Positions 47,510 through 47,786 of a stretch of DNA of 47,786 nt are shown here, in pieces (the first letter of the stretch is position 1; each line of letters starts with the position of its first letter). Source of the stretch: Sedimentisphaerales bacterium. GTDB taxonomy: Bacteria > Planctomycetota > Phycisphaerae > Sedimentisphaerales > SM23-30. The notes under the pieces are model-generated. The model saw only the letters and a list, made by a program, of their open reading frames with translations, did no database searches and was not told the DNA's origin. Position numbers and translations under genes: made by a program. The DNA is taken from positions 1-47,786 of the forward strand of contig JAFGFX010000055.1 in the NCBI GenBank assembly GCA_016930855.1. Direction: 5' to 3'.

Positions 47510-47701
47510 TAAAAAATTAATCAAACTGACCGATATTGGCTCGAATGTGCGGCTGCCGTCCTTCAACTCATTGTTAATAAGTAGTTTATGAGTCTTATGG
47601 CGAGGTCGCCACCCATTTGCCCTGAACGAATATTTTGTAACACACATAATCACAATGAGTTGTTGTGCCAAAAACGTCAGTCGGCCACTTTGATAAAAAT
47701 T

Positions 47702-47786
47702 GGATCAACTCGGAAAAAGTTGGTAAGGAACGGCTCCGCGAATCCGGCGAAATGTTTTCGCCTACGCCTTTCTTTCGCCGCCCCAC
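47702..47786. mobile_element. Second copy (truncated by the window edge) of the ISL3-like element end
   Basis: 85 bp nearly identical to 1382-1466 (2 substitutions), starting exactly at the TIR; AT-rich flank TAAAAATT. Confidence 0.85.

Noticed and set aside
1382-47786. 46-kb composite transposon bounded by the two element copies
   Set aside because: Copy 1 has its own complete TIR pair and target duplication; the interval contains core genes (thrS, infC, pheS, dxr, dapB).

Overview
GC-rich bacterial chromosomal segment. The gene content suggests Planctomycetota, probably Phycisphaerae/Sedimentisphaerales-like. This is an inference from many Tat-exported Gfo/Idh/MocA oxidoreductases, DUF1080, a LamG/beta-helix/dockerin-like surface protein, an ECF sigma factor with a membrane-anchored extension and an AroD-AroE fusion. 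The left part (1-11.4 kb) is a minus-strand sugar-catabolism cluster: three tandem Tat oxidoreductases, DUF1080, inositol monophosphatase, NagB-like, NagA-like, a sodium:solute symporter and another oxidoreductase. It is interrupted by a complete 243-bp MITE with ISL3-like ends and an 8-bp target duplication; a second, truncated copy sits at the right window edge. The middle part holds the ECF sigma + surface protein, dus, a stand-alone homocysteine methyltransferase domain, aroDE, larE-like, a metX-metW fusion divergent from a GT2 + BshC-like pair, secreted hydrolases and an alkaline phosphatase. The right part holds thrS-infC (ATC start)-rpmI-rplT-pheS (no pheT), rseP-dxr, rhomboid, thrC-dapB, a CPBP protease, an HhH-GPD glycosylase, a GGA-rich short repeat array and an unannotated 36-aa membrane peptide with its own promoter. 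The best candidates for something undescribed are the GT2/BshC-like pair, the small peptide + repeat/GGA-rich RNA locus, and the membrane-tethered ECF sigma. No tRNA, rRNA, CRISPR array or transposase gene was seen. All calls come from reading motifs by eye; no searches were run.
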